This document shows, piece by piece, positions 8,701 through 23,700 of a stretch of DNA of 64,000 nucleotides. The DNA is from a bacterium (GTDB lineage: Bacteria > Patescibacteriota > Minisyncoccia > Phycocordibacterales > UBA6899): NCBI GenBank assembly GCA_021851895.1, contig JAJZQJ010000001.1, positions 135,338 through 199,337 of the forward strand. The letters run 5' to 3'. Both the position numbers and the translations under genes were made by a program. The notes beneath the pieces are model-generated. The model was given only the letters and a program-made list of their open reading frames with translations. It was not told the DNA's origin and searched no databases. Numbering within the stretch: position 1 is the first letter of the stretch; every line of letters begins with the position of its first letter.

Positions 8701-11700
8701 TTCTGCGCGTACAATGCAGCACCAGACCCCGTCGAAACACTCGTCGATGACGCGTTCCAGACAGATACCTGTGCGCTCGGACCAAGGTCGATAGTGCTAT
8801 AGCTCGATGCCGAAGCTGATTTCGTATTTATCGATGAGACACCAGTCTTTTCAAGACGCAACGTACTTCCTGTCCACGTACCGCCCACATTATTTGTAAA
8901 GAGGTCTTGCACGACGAGTCGCGTCGATGGTGACTGCACGAACGCTGCCGCAGTCTTGATCGTCATCGACTTTGTCGTCGTCGCATTGGCTTCAATAGTG
9001 AAGCCACCACCAGCTCCATCGATAATGAGATTAGTGAATGTGGAATTGCCAGGATTGATCAGTTTACCGGTCGTCGTCGCAGTCATTCGTACAGTAGAAG
9101 ATGCACCCGCACTGAATGCACCTGCGATGTTCTTGAATGTTCCTCCGACGGAGAATACCTCTGTTGGAAGCGCGAGGCTTCCGGAATCGATGTACACATC
9201 CCCCGTCGTTGTTGCATTCGCAACATTAGTTGAGAAGTCTCCATTTGCGATTCTCAGGTTTGCGAATGTCGAACCACCCGGAACAAGAAGTCGCGTGCCT
9301 GATCCGCTCAGAGAGAGCGTTCCACCGTTTGCATTGAATCCACCACCGATATTCTGGAAGTCACCCCCAACCGCGAGTGCACCTGCAGGCAATGTTGGTG
9401 TACCTGATGCGATAGTGAAGTTCCCTGTTGTCGTCGCATTATCGAGGAAGCTCCATGCGCCAGTGCCAAGGAAAGTGAGATCCTTGAACGCGCTACCGCT
9501 CGTTCTTATCTGCCTCCCCGTACTCGTCGCAGTCATATAGACAGCACCACCATTTGCACTGAACGTACCCGAATTGAGGAATGAACCTCCGATCGCGAGC
9601 GATGAAGATGGCAATGTCACCGTACCTGTCGTAATGGTCACATCACCAGTAGTCGTCGCGATTCCCGACATCGTCCACGACCCCGCACCATTGAAGGTGA
9701 GATTGGTCATGGTCGACGGAGACGCTGATGTGATCGATCGACCAGCTACAGCAGAAGTGAAGGTAAAGTCACCTGAGGTACCTGCGACATGAGCCCCTGC
9801 ACCAATAGAAAGATCGCCTCCTATTGTATACACGTCTGCTCCATTTGTAGTCCACGTCGAGCCTGGACGCAATTCAAGATCGCCCTCTATAGATGACGTA
9901 TTCGTATTTCCAGGGATCGAGACGTTTCCACCTGGAGCAAACGACTTCGCATCCCATACGAGAAGCTTTGTGTTTGTATCGAGCGTGAGTGCATTCGACA
10001 CGACGCGTGCAGGAATATTTGACGACTGATCCTTATCGAATCCATCGATCAAAGCATTAGTGATCGGATTCGACTGTTCATTTCGAACAATGACCGTATT
10101 CTCATAGAGATCGTAATCGGCAATGTTCGTCAGCGGATCATAAGTATAGGTCACCGCCTTCACGCCACTTGTCGATGTTGCAAACACTGCGAGCACATCA
10201 TTACCTGCTGGAAGAATGTTCGGAATACTGAAGCTTCCATCCGCTGCACTACATGCGGTCGCCACCGTAGTTGACGCGTTTATGACTCTCAAGACAACAT
10301 TTTGACTGACCCCATTACATGCAGAAGATACCGTGACTCCATCACTCTTATAGAAGTGCCCAGAGAGCGTGAATTGTGCAGTCGAATCATCCCAAATGAG
10401 GTAACCAGGATTGCCTGCGGGATCATTATCATAAGCCTCTCCATCGCGACCACCATAGTGATTAACGAATCGCCACGCAGAAGCAGTTGTACCGGTTGCA
10501 GTAACGTTATTTCCACCCGAGGCGATGAAGCCAAGGCGATACATGATCTTCACTGGGTTTGCAGATATCACCGAACCCGCGACCGTCATCATTGACCCTG
10601 TGCCGCTTGGATTTCGGAAGACCACATCATTCATTCCAGCGACCTTCACTGATCCAGTGAGCGATACGCCAGTTGTATTCGCATCTGAGATATCGAGATA
10701 CTGCATCGATGTCGTTGCACCACCTATCGTGAGCCCATATGTTCCTGAAAGTGCTCGCACCGTCGTTGTCGCAGACGGATCACCGACCATCTCGAGGATG
10801 CTCGTACCCGAATAGGTTGCTGTTGCACCCGAAGCGAATCGTACTCTTGCAGCACGTGGTGTTCCAAGTGTTTCGCCATCGAAGTCCTTCGTATAATCCC
10901 AATATTCTGGTGCGCTCGAATTCTTATAGTCACCGAAGATATAGAGATCTCCATTTACCCCTGCATGATTCATCGAGAGCACACCACTTCCCGCGGCCGT
11001 CACCATCTGCGTTGATGATGAATTCCACATCACTGCTTCCGTATTCACGCCGAGCTTCAAGATGTTATACACATCCGCTCCGCTCGTCTTCGTGTTGAGT
11101 GCAACGCGATTTCCTGTATTCAAATACAATGTTGAACCAGTCCATGTTGTCTTTGCACTACCCACAAGATTAAGAAATGCATTATCGATCTCGAGCGTCT
11201 TTCCTGAAGCAAGCGTCCAGCTTGAAACATCTGAGAGCGACACTACCGAAGCGGTTGTATTCCCCGTGAGAGTCCAACTTCCGAGTGGATCGTTGAAGTC
11301 GACTCTTCCGAACGCTGAATTACCCGCTGCGATCGTCTTCACCCCAGAACCGATGAACTGCACAAGTCCAAGCGAGTTCGTAAAGGTTCCTGCATTCGTC
11401 CAATTCCCCTTCACGGTCGTCGTCGCTGCATCGGATGCAATGTAGGTTGCTCCTGACGCGATCGACACATCACCAAGAATGGAAAGGAGTGGATCTCCTG
11501 AAAGCCCAGTCACCGTAGGAGTCGTTATTCCGTCACCAACAGTGAAGTTTCCCTTCACGACGAGCGCAAGACTTGGAAGTGTGTATGTTCCTGAGCCAAG
11601 GAACGTGAGGCCGTTATAGACGATATTCGTCACATTTGTTGCCCCCGCACTTGCATAAGTAACCGTACTACCGGTTGTATCGATCGTTCCATTCACAACG

Positions 11701-14700
11701 AGCGGAGTGCCCGTTGCGGTGAGCGTGAGTGGATGTGTCGCAAGATCAAGATCATGATTCATGCTGACCGTGAGTACTCCCGCAACCGTCGTTGTACCAA
11801 CACCACTCTTCGTGGTTGTACTGTTCGTCGTACCATCACCGAGCGTGAGGTTGAATGCGGTCCAAGGATTCGGACCTCCCCAACTTCCACCGTTCGGCAA
11901 AGCAAATGTACCACCAGTCATCGCGAGCGCACCGGCTCCGGTCGCTCCATTCTGCGTAGTGATATTTCCTGTGCCGAGAAGCGTTCCTGATGCGAGATCG
12001 AAGGTATTCGCAACAGCAATATCAGAAGCGAGCGACCATGACCCCGTACCAGTAAAACTCAAATTCCAGAATGTGAATGGGTTCACTCCCGCGATCGTGC
12101 GCGCATCGGTTGCCGTGAGCTGTACAGTCGATGAGGCCGTATTGAATACTGCTCCGGAATCCGCCTGTAAACGCCCGCCAATGCTGAAGAGTTCAGTACT
12201 CTGCGCATTCAGTGTTGCTCCATTATCGATATGCAATGCACCACCATACACACCAGTACCACCAGTTCCTGTCGTCACATTTCCGCCTGGGGTGAATGTC
12301 TTTCCTGCCCAAATCCAGAGCTCATCATTTGATGGAATGTTCAATGTTCCACTATTTGAGGTGAAGAGCATATCTGGATCATTATCTGCATCGAATCCAG
12401 CAAGTGCCGCATTCGTCATCGCCAGCGTATCTTCGTGGCGTAATATGACACGATCCTGATAAAGCGCTATACCCGAAAGGTTTACCGACGCACCTCGCGT
12501 GACCGTGACTGCCTTCGCATTCGGATTACCCTTCAAATATATAGACATCGTTGTCTCGCCAGAGAAGGTCACACCATTCACTGTGAAGTTTCCACCTGCA
12601 CCACATGTGCCTCCGAACGCCCCACCTCCTGTTACCTGGACTCGTACCACCGCAGTGACACCGTCGCAGACCGTAGCGCCCATTGGAAGGAGGTTTTTAT
12701 CGTAAACCGTACCAGAGACACTGATGATATAGCTCGAGTCGTCCCAACGGACCTCACCTGGATCTCCTGATGGATCGTTATCGAAGTTCTCGCCAGCGAT
12801 ATTCCCTCCATGCTGCTTAAATCGGATGTAATTCGTCGATGCACTCGTCACGCGCACGTTCTTCGTACCGGTAAATCCACCGCTTCTCCACATATCATGC
12901 GCATACTGTTTGCCCGCATTTGCGTCGATGACCTCTTTCGTGAGTGTCATCGCGTATCCCGAGTTGACTCCCGCACTAATATCAACATCATCGAAAGCCG
13001 CCAATGTAGACGAACCAGTGATCGATATTCCCGCGATGCCAAGATTCGAAAGCGTTGCATACTGCGCTGAGAGTGTGCTTGTCGCGAGATTGACTGCATA
13101 CGTCCCCGAAAGCGCACTCACTGTTGTCGTCGCAGACGGAGCGCCAACGATCTCGAGTGCTGTATTCGGCACAAAGTTAAGCGTCGAGCCACCAGCGATC
13201 GCTACCGCTACCGGTCTTGGTGTCGACAATAGCGTACCATCGAAATCGGTTCCATTATTCCAATATGCGGATCCTGAGTTTTGTGAGTATGTACCGTAGA
13301 TACGCAACGCACCACTCACTGCGCCCCAATTCTGTCCATAGAGCGAACTCCCCGCATTCGTCGTAACACTTGTTGCTGTCGAATTCCACATGCGCAACTG
13401 CGTACCATTGTCGAGAATGATCGCACCATAATCATCATCACCTGTATTCTTCGTATTGATCGACATCGTCGCACCAGAGGTGAGACGCAACGTCGAGCCA
13501 GTCCATGTCGTGTTTACATTCGCTGCAGCATTCGTAAAGAATCCATCGACGCGCAATTCGTTTCCAGTCTGCATCGTAAATGATCCCACGGTACCGATCG
13601 TCGTTGTTGCGCTGACGCGTGTATTACCAACGATGGTGAAGTTTCCACCACCGGCGATACCGAGGCCGGAGAGCACCGTTGTCCCCGCTGAGAGTGTTGC
13701 TGCACCAGAGGCGCGATTCATCGACAAGAGCGACGCATTCGCATTCGCCGTGCCATTATTAATGAATGATCCTCCAACGGTCAATGATCCGTTCGTTGGG
13801 AAATTCAACGTCGAACCCGCATTCACGATGATCGAACCCGCCGCAATTACATTAGTGTCGACAAACGTCAGATTCGTACCGCCAGCAGTCACTCCTCCGA
13901 TGGTCTTACCACCGAGAGCGATCGTCTGCGTACCACCATTCATGAAGAGCGTTCCGCCATTGTGTACGATGTTTGCAGTGTTACTGAAGTTTCCACCGAC
14001 AGTGAGTGTTCCCGATGGTAATGTGACCGCACCACCAGAGATCACGAGTTCTCCCGTCGTCGTCGCACTCGAAATAAAGTTCCAAGAACCTGTTCCCGTG
14101 AAGGAAAGCGCCTTGAAGCTTGAAATCGCGCTCATCTGCTTGTTTGCAGATGTACCATTCAAGATCGTCTGATTCGATGCCGTGAATGTACCACCGGTTT
14201 GAGTGAATCCACCACCAACGGTAAGCGTATTCACCGGTAAGGTGTGCGCTCCGCCTGAAACGAGCACATCTCCTGAAGTTGTTGCGGAAGTATCCACCCA
14301 GCTCACCGAACCACTCTGCAGGGTGACGTTATTGAGCACCGCACTTCCCTGCTTGATCGTTGCAGCCGCGACTGGCGCCATGAGCAACTTTCCTGTTCCA
14401 CCATTTACCGTACCATCATTTTCGAAACTTCCCGACAATGATAACGTATTCACTCCAAAGAAGAGTGTGTCCCCAGATGCAATAGTGACGTTTGTCGCAT
14501 GAACCCCCGAACTTAAGCTCAGTGACTTAGGAGATCCGTCGATGAGTATGTTACCGAGATCCTGTCCTCCTGAGGAAAGATCAGACCATGTCGCAACGGG
14601 CACACCAAGGAATGTCGTCGTCGCTGTACCCTTAGTGAACTTACCATTTGCACCAATCGAGAGACTGCTCTCTATTGATAGTGGCTGCGCTCCAGGCGAG

Positions 14701-17700
14701 AGTGTTCCATAATTTATCGCGAGACTACCATTGAGATAGAGCGGCGTCGTCGTCTGCCAGGTTGCTGTCGTCGCACTCTCGCCAAAGGTGACATCATTGA
14801 ATTTATACTGCGAAGCACCAGTATTATCTATCGTATGCACGCTCGATGTCGCATTGAAGACGGTGCGTCCTGTACCGGGAGTAAATATGCCAGAGTTACG
14901 CCAATCCCCAGAGATCTTGATGATGTTTGCATCTGCATTCGTCTCTCCTTCGATCACGTGAGCATACATCGTATTCGTGACACTTCCTGTCGACTGTGGA
15001 CGCCATGTCGTGCCCGAGAGCACGGCAAGCGAAGCATCAGGACATGGAAGTAGCGTACTTGCACACAACGTCAGATTCCCCGACGCATCAACATTATGGA
15101 AGATACTTGTACTCGTTGCGCCGCTCGTCTCATTACGATAATCGATGAGCCCGAGATCTGCGTTCGATATCGTTTCTCCAGTCTGTGTGAGGTCACCGAG
15201 CGTAAGCCAGCGTCTGGAAAGTTCCATATTCGAGAGACTACCCGCACCCATGAATTTCGCGACCGCGACGGCGCGATTTGCCGCACCAGGATTATTGATC
15301 CAAGCAGTCACGACGTCTCCATTACGGTATGAGACGCTCGGAATAGTCCAATGCCCCGTCGCATCAATGCTTCCCGTCTGTGCGCTCGGCACTCCATTTA
15401 CCGCGACGCTCACCGTTCCTGACGTGAGCACAGTTGTACGATCGTGGTCACGAGCGATACCGCCCACTGCAAGACCCTGTGCCCAATCGACGGTCCAATC
15501 ATTGAGTGTTGGACAATTCGTCAGCCCATTACATGCGAGGTCCGCACGCAACCTGATCGTTGTATATGTTCCGACATTCAAGCCCGAAAGATCGATCGGA
15601 CTCGTCGATGTCCCAACGCTGTTGCCCGGAAGATCGTTATCAGGAATACGCGTCCAATTCCCTGTCGGATCGAGATACTCGAGTGAAACGAGTGCGGTCG
15701 AACCTCCAGGAATACTCGTATTGAAGCGTGCCTGACGCCATGCAGGCGCTTGACCGTCTGCAAAGTTGATCGGCGAAGAGTAGATACGGCCCGTCGAAAG
15801 ACCCTCCTGCGTTGCAAGGTCAAATGGCGCACCGTACGGTTTCGTCGAAACAGATGGTGTGGCGATATTTTGCGGCGTCGTCCATGCCGACCCATTCCAT
15901 ATCGAGAACATATAGCGTAGGCTCGGCGAGCGTGAAAGGATCATCGCGAGCACATCGCCAGAGGCTGAGGCTCGTGCGAGCTTTGTCGTCCAAGCCTCTA
16001 CTCCACCCCACTGGTAGGTCGTTCCTGACCATGTCCAGAGCTTATTTGTATTGCTTGTTGAACCTGACTGCCATGTTCCCGCAGCGACATTTCGAGCATC
16101 CCAAATTGTATGATTATTTGTTGCACTTCCATCTGCTATCGCCCAAGACTCGTCGGCGACGACCATGAGGCGCCCAGTACGTCCAGGTTTCGTCTCATAG
16201 ATACAGCTATTGGATTGTGCATGACGCGAATATGGCCAATACTCACCGGGAGCGACACTCACCGGTGCAGTGTTGGTAAAACGGACATAATCGGTATATG
16301 CACCATCATCAGTTGCGGAATACTGGGAGTTTGTACAGAGCTCAAGATCATTGCTTGCGGGATCGCGCACAAGCTTTCCCCATGCGAGTTTGGCAATCGT
16401 CGCACCACCGCCCAAGTTTGTATAAGCAGCTTCTGCTCCAGACCAATTCGAGCCACCCCAAATTCTATAGCGGAATCCCCTTGTCGTATTTGCGCCGACG
16501 ATTGCAACTGCCCTGCCGCTTGTGCGCTCGAATTCGATATCCATTGCATCATGTGCAGGCTCAACGACTCCAGCACTTGCGCTGAAGGTAAACTCGCGTG
16601 ACGCAACCCATTGTGTACCATCCCACTCCTCAGCGGTAAATGAAGAACCGGTATTTCGGAAGAGCGCGAGGATCTGATTCTGGATGGGATTCGATGCCAA
16701 TTTCACAAGCTCACAGTTTGTCGTGAATGGGAGGTTGAGCGACTGCACCGCCCCCCATGTCGAACCATCAAAGACCGCGTACGACGCATCCATACCGTTA
16801 CATGCGACCGCGACTGCACGGCCACTAAGTGCCTCATACGCAACATCGAAACTCTTTCTCGTTGCCGAAGGACCCGATGCAGGCATTGTGAGCATACGCG
16901 ACCATATATCATTCTCGAAGACCTGGAAACTCATCGCACGATCAGCGCCCATCGTACCTAAAATGAATTGATCATATGCGGGCGAAGCCTTTGCGACAGA
17001 CCAAAGCACGGTCGAGTTGATCGAAAGTGCATTACCCTCAGCGCCAAGTGCGCCTGCCTCGTAGAAGCGATACTTTGGATTTGGATTACTGCCACTTCCA
17101 TAGACCATGAGCACACGATCACTGGTCGTTGCAACAGCGACACTATTGCTTGTGTTCGCATAAACACCCGAGAGTGTATCCATCTTGAATTGTCCTGCCA
17201 TCGTCTGAAACCACGTCGTATATGCTGGGGCTGCCGCCTGTGCGGTCACTGCGCGTGTATCAGACCAGAAGGACCAGGCACCACCACCAACACCATATGC
17301 AGCGATACGGTAGTAATATGTCGTTCCGCTCGTAAGCGGCGCACTCGGCACGAACTTGATGGTATGACCCGACGCAAACGGAGCAGTACCACCACTGGTC
17401 ATATCGGTGAATGTACCACACGCAGGTGCCGTCGGTGTCTGCGTATCGCTATAACATGTCGTTGATGCAGCGAAAGTCGGATCCGTAGAATAGGAGAACC
17501 AATAACGAATCGGATATGATTGCGGATCGATAGCAGAAAAGACAAACGGCGTTGATGATGCCACGCTTGCATGACTGAATGGACTCGTGATCGTCGGAGC
17601 AAGCGTCTTATACGCCCACTTTATCGTCCAATCACTGAGGACTGGGGTTGCGGTATTTGTGAAGTTCGCACGAACGCGCAACGATGGATATAGTTGTGGA

Positions 17701-20700
17701 TCAAGTGCTTTCAGTGACGTTGTCACTGAAAGACCCGTCGAATTCCCTGGGATCAAACTGTCGGGAACGAGCGACCATGTACCGCTCAAATCCTTATATT
17801 CGATCTGGAATGTGATTCCCCCGCCTGCATCCTTCGTAAACTCGAGACTTCCCCAAACAGTACCCATCGTCCCCTCACTAAAGATGAGCTCCGGAGAGAC
17901 GATCGTACCTGAGGTTGAAGTCGATGCGAGCCTTACTGCATTTCCGGTCACAGTCAATCCCGTTGACACATCTTGCGCGAACTGCGCATCGGTCGTTTGG
18001 AACCACGCCGAAACATTGAGCGAGGTGTCCACTGTAATTGCCTTTGCTATAGACCAATCACTGTACTGTGTGCTTCCTGTCGGATCCTTCGCACGCACAC
18101 GCCACCAATAGGTCGTATTATTCGTAAGCGCCTTCGCTTGCGGAACAGTGAATTGTACCGTATCCCCCGAGGTATATGGTGCCTTATTCGTCGGATTGTT
18201 CACATTGAGGAAATTCGATGCGGCATTGGTCGTCGAAAGGTCTACAAAAGGCGCACCAAAATTAGGATCGGTGTCTATCTGCACCTCGTAGTGCTCAGTA
18301 TTCGACTCGTCGTCTGCGGCAGAGAATGTGAATGTTGGCGTAGTTGTCGAAATCTTTTCATGATTGAACGGTGTTTTGAGGTCCGGCGCAAACGGAGCAT
18401 TATTTGTGATGAAGCTCGGAAAATTCTGATATGCCCCAAGGATCTTTCCACTATCCTCCACCATACGCAGACAGTACTGCGTCGACGAGGCCAGTGTGGT
18501 ACCTGCTTCAAGTGACCAGTCCCACTCTGCGTTCTCGCCAATACCCGTCGTATTGACGAAGTTCACCGAGCCGCTTGATTCACGATATGCCTGCTCGCGT
18601 CCAGGAGTCGTCGTCGAAAGCAGGGCGGATGGTAGTGCAGCGCCCTCATTAACGAGCGTGTTGTCATAACCCATAAGCGGCGCACCACTTCCTGGAGCAC
18701 CAACATCGTTCCAATTGAGTGCTGAGGCACAATTATTATCTGCTGCATACTGCAGTTTGAGCGGGAAAAGACCCGCGGTCGAGGTAGCATTCTCAACATG
18801 CATACCCATACGCACACGAAATACACTTCCCGGACGGAAACGATAGGTCGCATCCGCGACGGGCATGTCTTCAGTGACATCAACCGCTCCTGCTGGCCAT
18901 GGATCGACTGGCGTTAAGTCATTGACGTTATCATAGAATCGATAATCCGTCTGCGAAAACATCGGAATACCGACTGAACGTTTTGCGAAAACGACCGTGA
19001 TGAACGGTGGAAGATTTGAGGTTGTCGAGAAGGATGCAAGGTCGACCGTATGGGTGTGGTTTGGATCCGCTCCGAACAACGAGCCAGAGGTGACCGTCGC
19101 GCGTGCACTTCCCACTCCAGCATTTGTAGGCAAACCAAGAAGATCAGGATGGTCGTGTGAAGCATGTCCACCCGTCGCCCCTGCAGCTGCAGCAATTTTT
19201 ACGAATCGATTGCTAAGCACTCCGCCATCTGATGAAAGATTGATCCATCCTGCAGCAGGATCGGCGTCCCACATCGTGATAGCATCATTAGGAACAGGAC
19301 CCGCGGCAGTTGATTGTGCCAAACGATAGGTCACATATGGTGGGTCATTTGAAAGCGGTGGTGTCGTCGTGCTGATGAGCGTGTGTGTATGTGTAACCGT
19401 CGATACATATGGATATGTTCCACTCGTTCGACGAGCATACGTCGGACCACCGGTCGGCGCACCTAGCGTTCCCGAGACCGAATGTGCATGCGTTGGAGAG
19501 CCCGTTGCCATACCGACTGAGTTCTCTCCGTATGGATAGTTCCCTTCCATGCTCGTCAAAGCATTCCACCCTGAACTTGGGATGGATTCGAAGAGGACTG
19601 CTGCACCTGCAGGCAGATTCACTTCACCGGCAGTCTGCGATCGAAGGACGCGCAGTGAGAGTGATGGAGGGAGATTACTTCCGTCACCGAAAGTCGGCGT
19701 GAATGCATGCGTATGATCCTTATAGGAGAGGAAGTTCGTCGTACCTGCAGCAGGAACTGCAGTCGTATAAACCGCCGAGCTCACAGATGTAGTAAACGTA
19801 TGCGTATGCGTTGTCGCACCACCGGTAATACCATACGTCGACGAACCCATCGCCCAACGATCAAAGAACGGCCCAGTCGAAGAGGAAACGAGATCCCACC
19901 CCGCAGGAATACTCATGCCGTCAGTCCAATAGATGATCATCTTCCCTGCCGCATCAGATGCGACCTGCCATGTGCGCGGTTCGGTATATGCATTCGCTCC
20001 ATCACCTATCGTCGCAGGACCAAGGAAGAACATGTACGGCGAGATATCCGGTGCATCAAAACGATAGGTGAACTGATACACCTCACCAGGATTCATGTCG
20101 ACATCCCAACTAATGCGCTTCACTGCGTGCGTCTCATCTGTCCAATCGAGCGTCCCTCCACCGCGCTCAACGACGTCAAAATCACCAGGAATGAGATCGG
20201 AGATCTTTCCCTTGTAAGGCTCGCGCGAGAATACGCGCAACGTCATATTATACAAAGCGGTCGGGTTGATACGTGTCGGTCCTGAGCGTTCGATCACATA
20301 GGTCATGTGTGGAACAACAGAGAACGTATCACGAACATCTGCGAGGATGTTTTCTGCGTCATCAAGACGGACAAGGCGCACCATGTATTTACCCGCATCG
20401 ACAGGAGTGTAGCTTGCGGTGTAATCAGGAACATCGGTGATGTTGTTACCATTACAATCATTAGAAGCCGTAACGGGCACTTCGATGGTCGTACTTGCAG
20501 GAGTCGTCACAAAGAGCTTTAAGCGCGCATCACAGATCGTATTTCCTGTATCCGAAAGTGCACCCATGGTGATCTGCGCAGTCTCACCTTGTTCATAGGT
20601 TGCCTTATTGAAGTTCACCGCAAGGAGCGCCCAATAGAAATCATACGAATCCTCATAAGTTGATGAGCCTTCATGAATCTGCATGCGCAAGGTCAACTTT

Positions 20701-23700
20701 CCAGGAGTGATGCGCATGCGCGCGTCCTTCGCGAAACGTACTGTCCATTCATTGTTCGTGCCATACTCCACGCTTGTCTCGATATCGAGCGGTTTACCCG
20801 ACTGCTCGACGACAACATTGTCCACACTGAATGCAGGCATCCCAACAAACTTTCGTAACGACTGTAGGAAAGAATTGCTCTGTGGCTTATACTGGAATTT
20901 GAATGTTGGCACCTCTTCTGCAGAGAATTCTCTCTTCGCGCTCAAGAAACGATTCACGTGCGCGACTTCCTTATCTCCAAGTCTATCGAAGAGACGATGC
21001 TCACCAGGAAGTACGAATTCAGGTTCACCAAAAGCGGCTTGAACACCATATGCATCTGCAGTCCTTGAAACAACGTCACGAGCAACGATCTGTCCATCGG
21101 CATCATTCGAGCCAAAGAAGCGCGCGCCAACGGTTCCGCCGTCCTGATCTCTAAACATACGCACAAGCGTCCCCTCGTCGAACGGACCACTGAGGGTCAC
21201 GCCACAGGTGCTCGTTGCAAGCAAACTTCCGCGTGCATCGTAAGCACCAAATATATGATGACCTTCACAAGCCGCACGCACTGAGCGCTCCTTGTGATCG
21301 AGCACCGCACTCGCGGCAAGCTGCTCAGGAATACTCTTCCCGTTTTCTGCGATGAGTGTCGCCTTCTCTGCATCTTCTGCAACAAACAATGTAGGTACCG
21401 ACGATGTTGCCTTCTGCTCTCCATCGATATCCATGCTCGAAACATTGCCCGGAGTAAGTTCCATCGACTGCTCCCCTGCGGTGACCGTCGTACCCTCATA
21501 AGTACCAGAGATCGCATTGAGTTTACGTGTATATTCAGGAAGCACCGCCGAGAGGCCTGAGAGGCCAAGAGGTGCAGCTACCGCACGTCCGAATACAGAA
21601 TGTGCCTTCGCTGAAATAGGACCGGTCGCACGAATGACCGCATTGTTTGCCACATGTTCAAAAAGCGCCGTCTCACCGTAAAGCAGTGTACGTTCATCAT
21701 GACCATCAACGACCACATGGAGCTGCGGTGCGAGTGCAGTAATGGTGACATCAGCCTCCTCTCCGCCTGGGCTCATGAGCACAGCACGTGGCGTCACAAC
21801 CGAAGTCGTGAAAGGTGCCCATGGCTTACTCGAAGCCTCGGCATCAGGATTTCCCGCATAAACATAGATGCGCGGAATGATTCCACCATTCTGCGGCATG
21901 CGTACCCAGATCATTCCGGTGTGGTCACGAATGTCAAAATCAGCGATCCAATATGGCAACTCATTCAATCCATCCTCATCGGAGAATCGAATGTCAGAGC
22001 CGTCGTTCTTCACGTGGTTCCAGAACTCAAGCGGCATCTTATTGAGCGCTATCGGCACAGCAACCTCATTTGAACTCTCCGCATAAGGCAGTGTGACATC
22101 GATCGGCATACGCCAGTTCCATGATCCATCGAATTCGGTATGACCGAGTCCATATGCGCCACTTGCAGCAACCGCCTCGACATAGATATCGCCTCGGGTA
22201 TTCAGTTGCGTATCGTAATTGAAACGGAAATACTGTGTAGCGCCCGGCTCGATGTCGAATGGATTGGTATAGGACACCTCATGTACCGAGGTAGGAAGGA
22301 TATCGCTCGGCATCTCCGAGAGTAATGCATCCATCGCTCGCCCGAAAATATTCTGATCGTCCCTAAAGGAACCAGAATAGATGGCATCCGGCACAAAATC
22401 CCTGCGATAGACCGTATCTTCCTGTTGACCAACTGCGGTCACTTCAGAAAGACAGCTCGTCTTGTCGTCGCTCAATGATGCACATACATGTGTCTCATTC
22501 GAATCGGCACAAGAGTAGCCGTTCGTTTGTGCAAGCACATCCGAGCTCGTTGCGGAAACCCAACCTGAAGAACACACATAAGCGATCGGTGCAGTGCGTG
22601 CTTCGACCACCTTGTGCGGAACGTTATGGGAATACTGTGCGATATCGGTCACTCGCCCACCATTTTCAGGAAAATGGAACGAGAGTCTCACGTGTTCTGG
22701 GTTCTTCCCAACATTAGTGACGGAAACATAATCCTCACCACTACCAAGTACCGCATGACGATCCTTTGTCATCGCGACACGCAATTTTGCACCTGGAGTC
22801 TCTGCGACAAGATCATTGAAGTCGATCGTCGTCCCATCCTCAAGTTTCAAATGATCGCGCTCCTTGATTCGTCGCTCAGCATCACGCGCGAGCAAAGCAC
22901 TCTTCACGTTAGGTGAAAGCAAAGCGAGGTCGTCTGGCGCTTCATCCGCAGCAAACCCAACATCGACCCAAGCTGCATCAAGAAGTACCGATGCATCAGC
23001 CTCTCCATCGCGAACGTATTCGACGGAAATCGTCATGTTCGCGAGCTCAGACCAAGAACTTATACCAAGTGGGAAAGTCAAGAATCCTCCACGAGAACTA
23101 TTATCGAATTCTCCAGTAACTTGCTGCTCTCCAAGATAAACCCACTTACCATTACGATAAGCACGGAAGATCACTCGATCAGGATCATCTTGCGGCGCAG
23201 CCCGACCTGCGATCGAAACCATGAGCTGTGCATTGCGTACAGGATATTTCGAAAGCTCTGGTCCAACACCAAAGCCTTCCATGACAAGAAGATGACACTG
23301 CTTTCCAAAAAGCGTACATGAAGCAACCTTATATGGATCGCGATCATCAGGAGTATCAACCTGACTTGCACCATCAGCGACAGAACCCGCATCTGTACCA
23401 ACATCCGCCGCGGAAGTCGAACTTTCATTTGAAGTAGGAGCGGAAACACTTTCTACGGGAGCAGGAGCTGCCGTTGCGCTTGCATCTTCCGTTGTGACCA
23501 CGGTTGACGGAGCAGGTGCAGGAACTGGAGCTGATACTGTCGCGCTCGAAGGCGCAGCTGCCCCACCATCAGATGTTGCGGCTGGCGCAGAAGATTCCGC
23601 AGGGGCCGCAGCAGTGGTCGCTTGTGTCTGATCGCCGCTAGAAGAAGGCACGTCTTGAGCAAGCGCAGTATGAGGAGTGAAATAGCGTGCAAGTATATGA

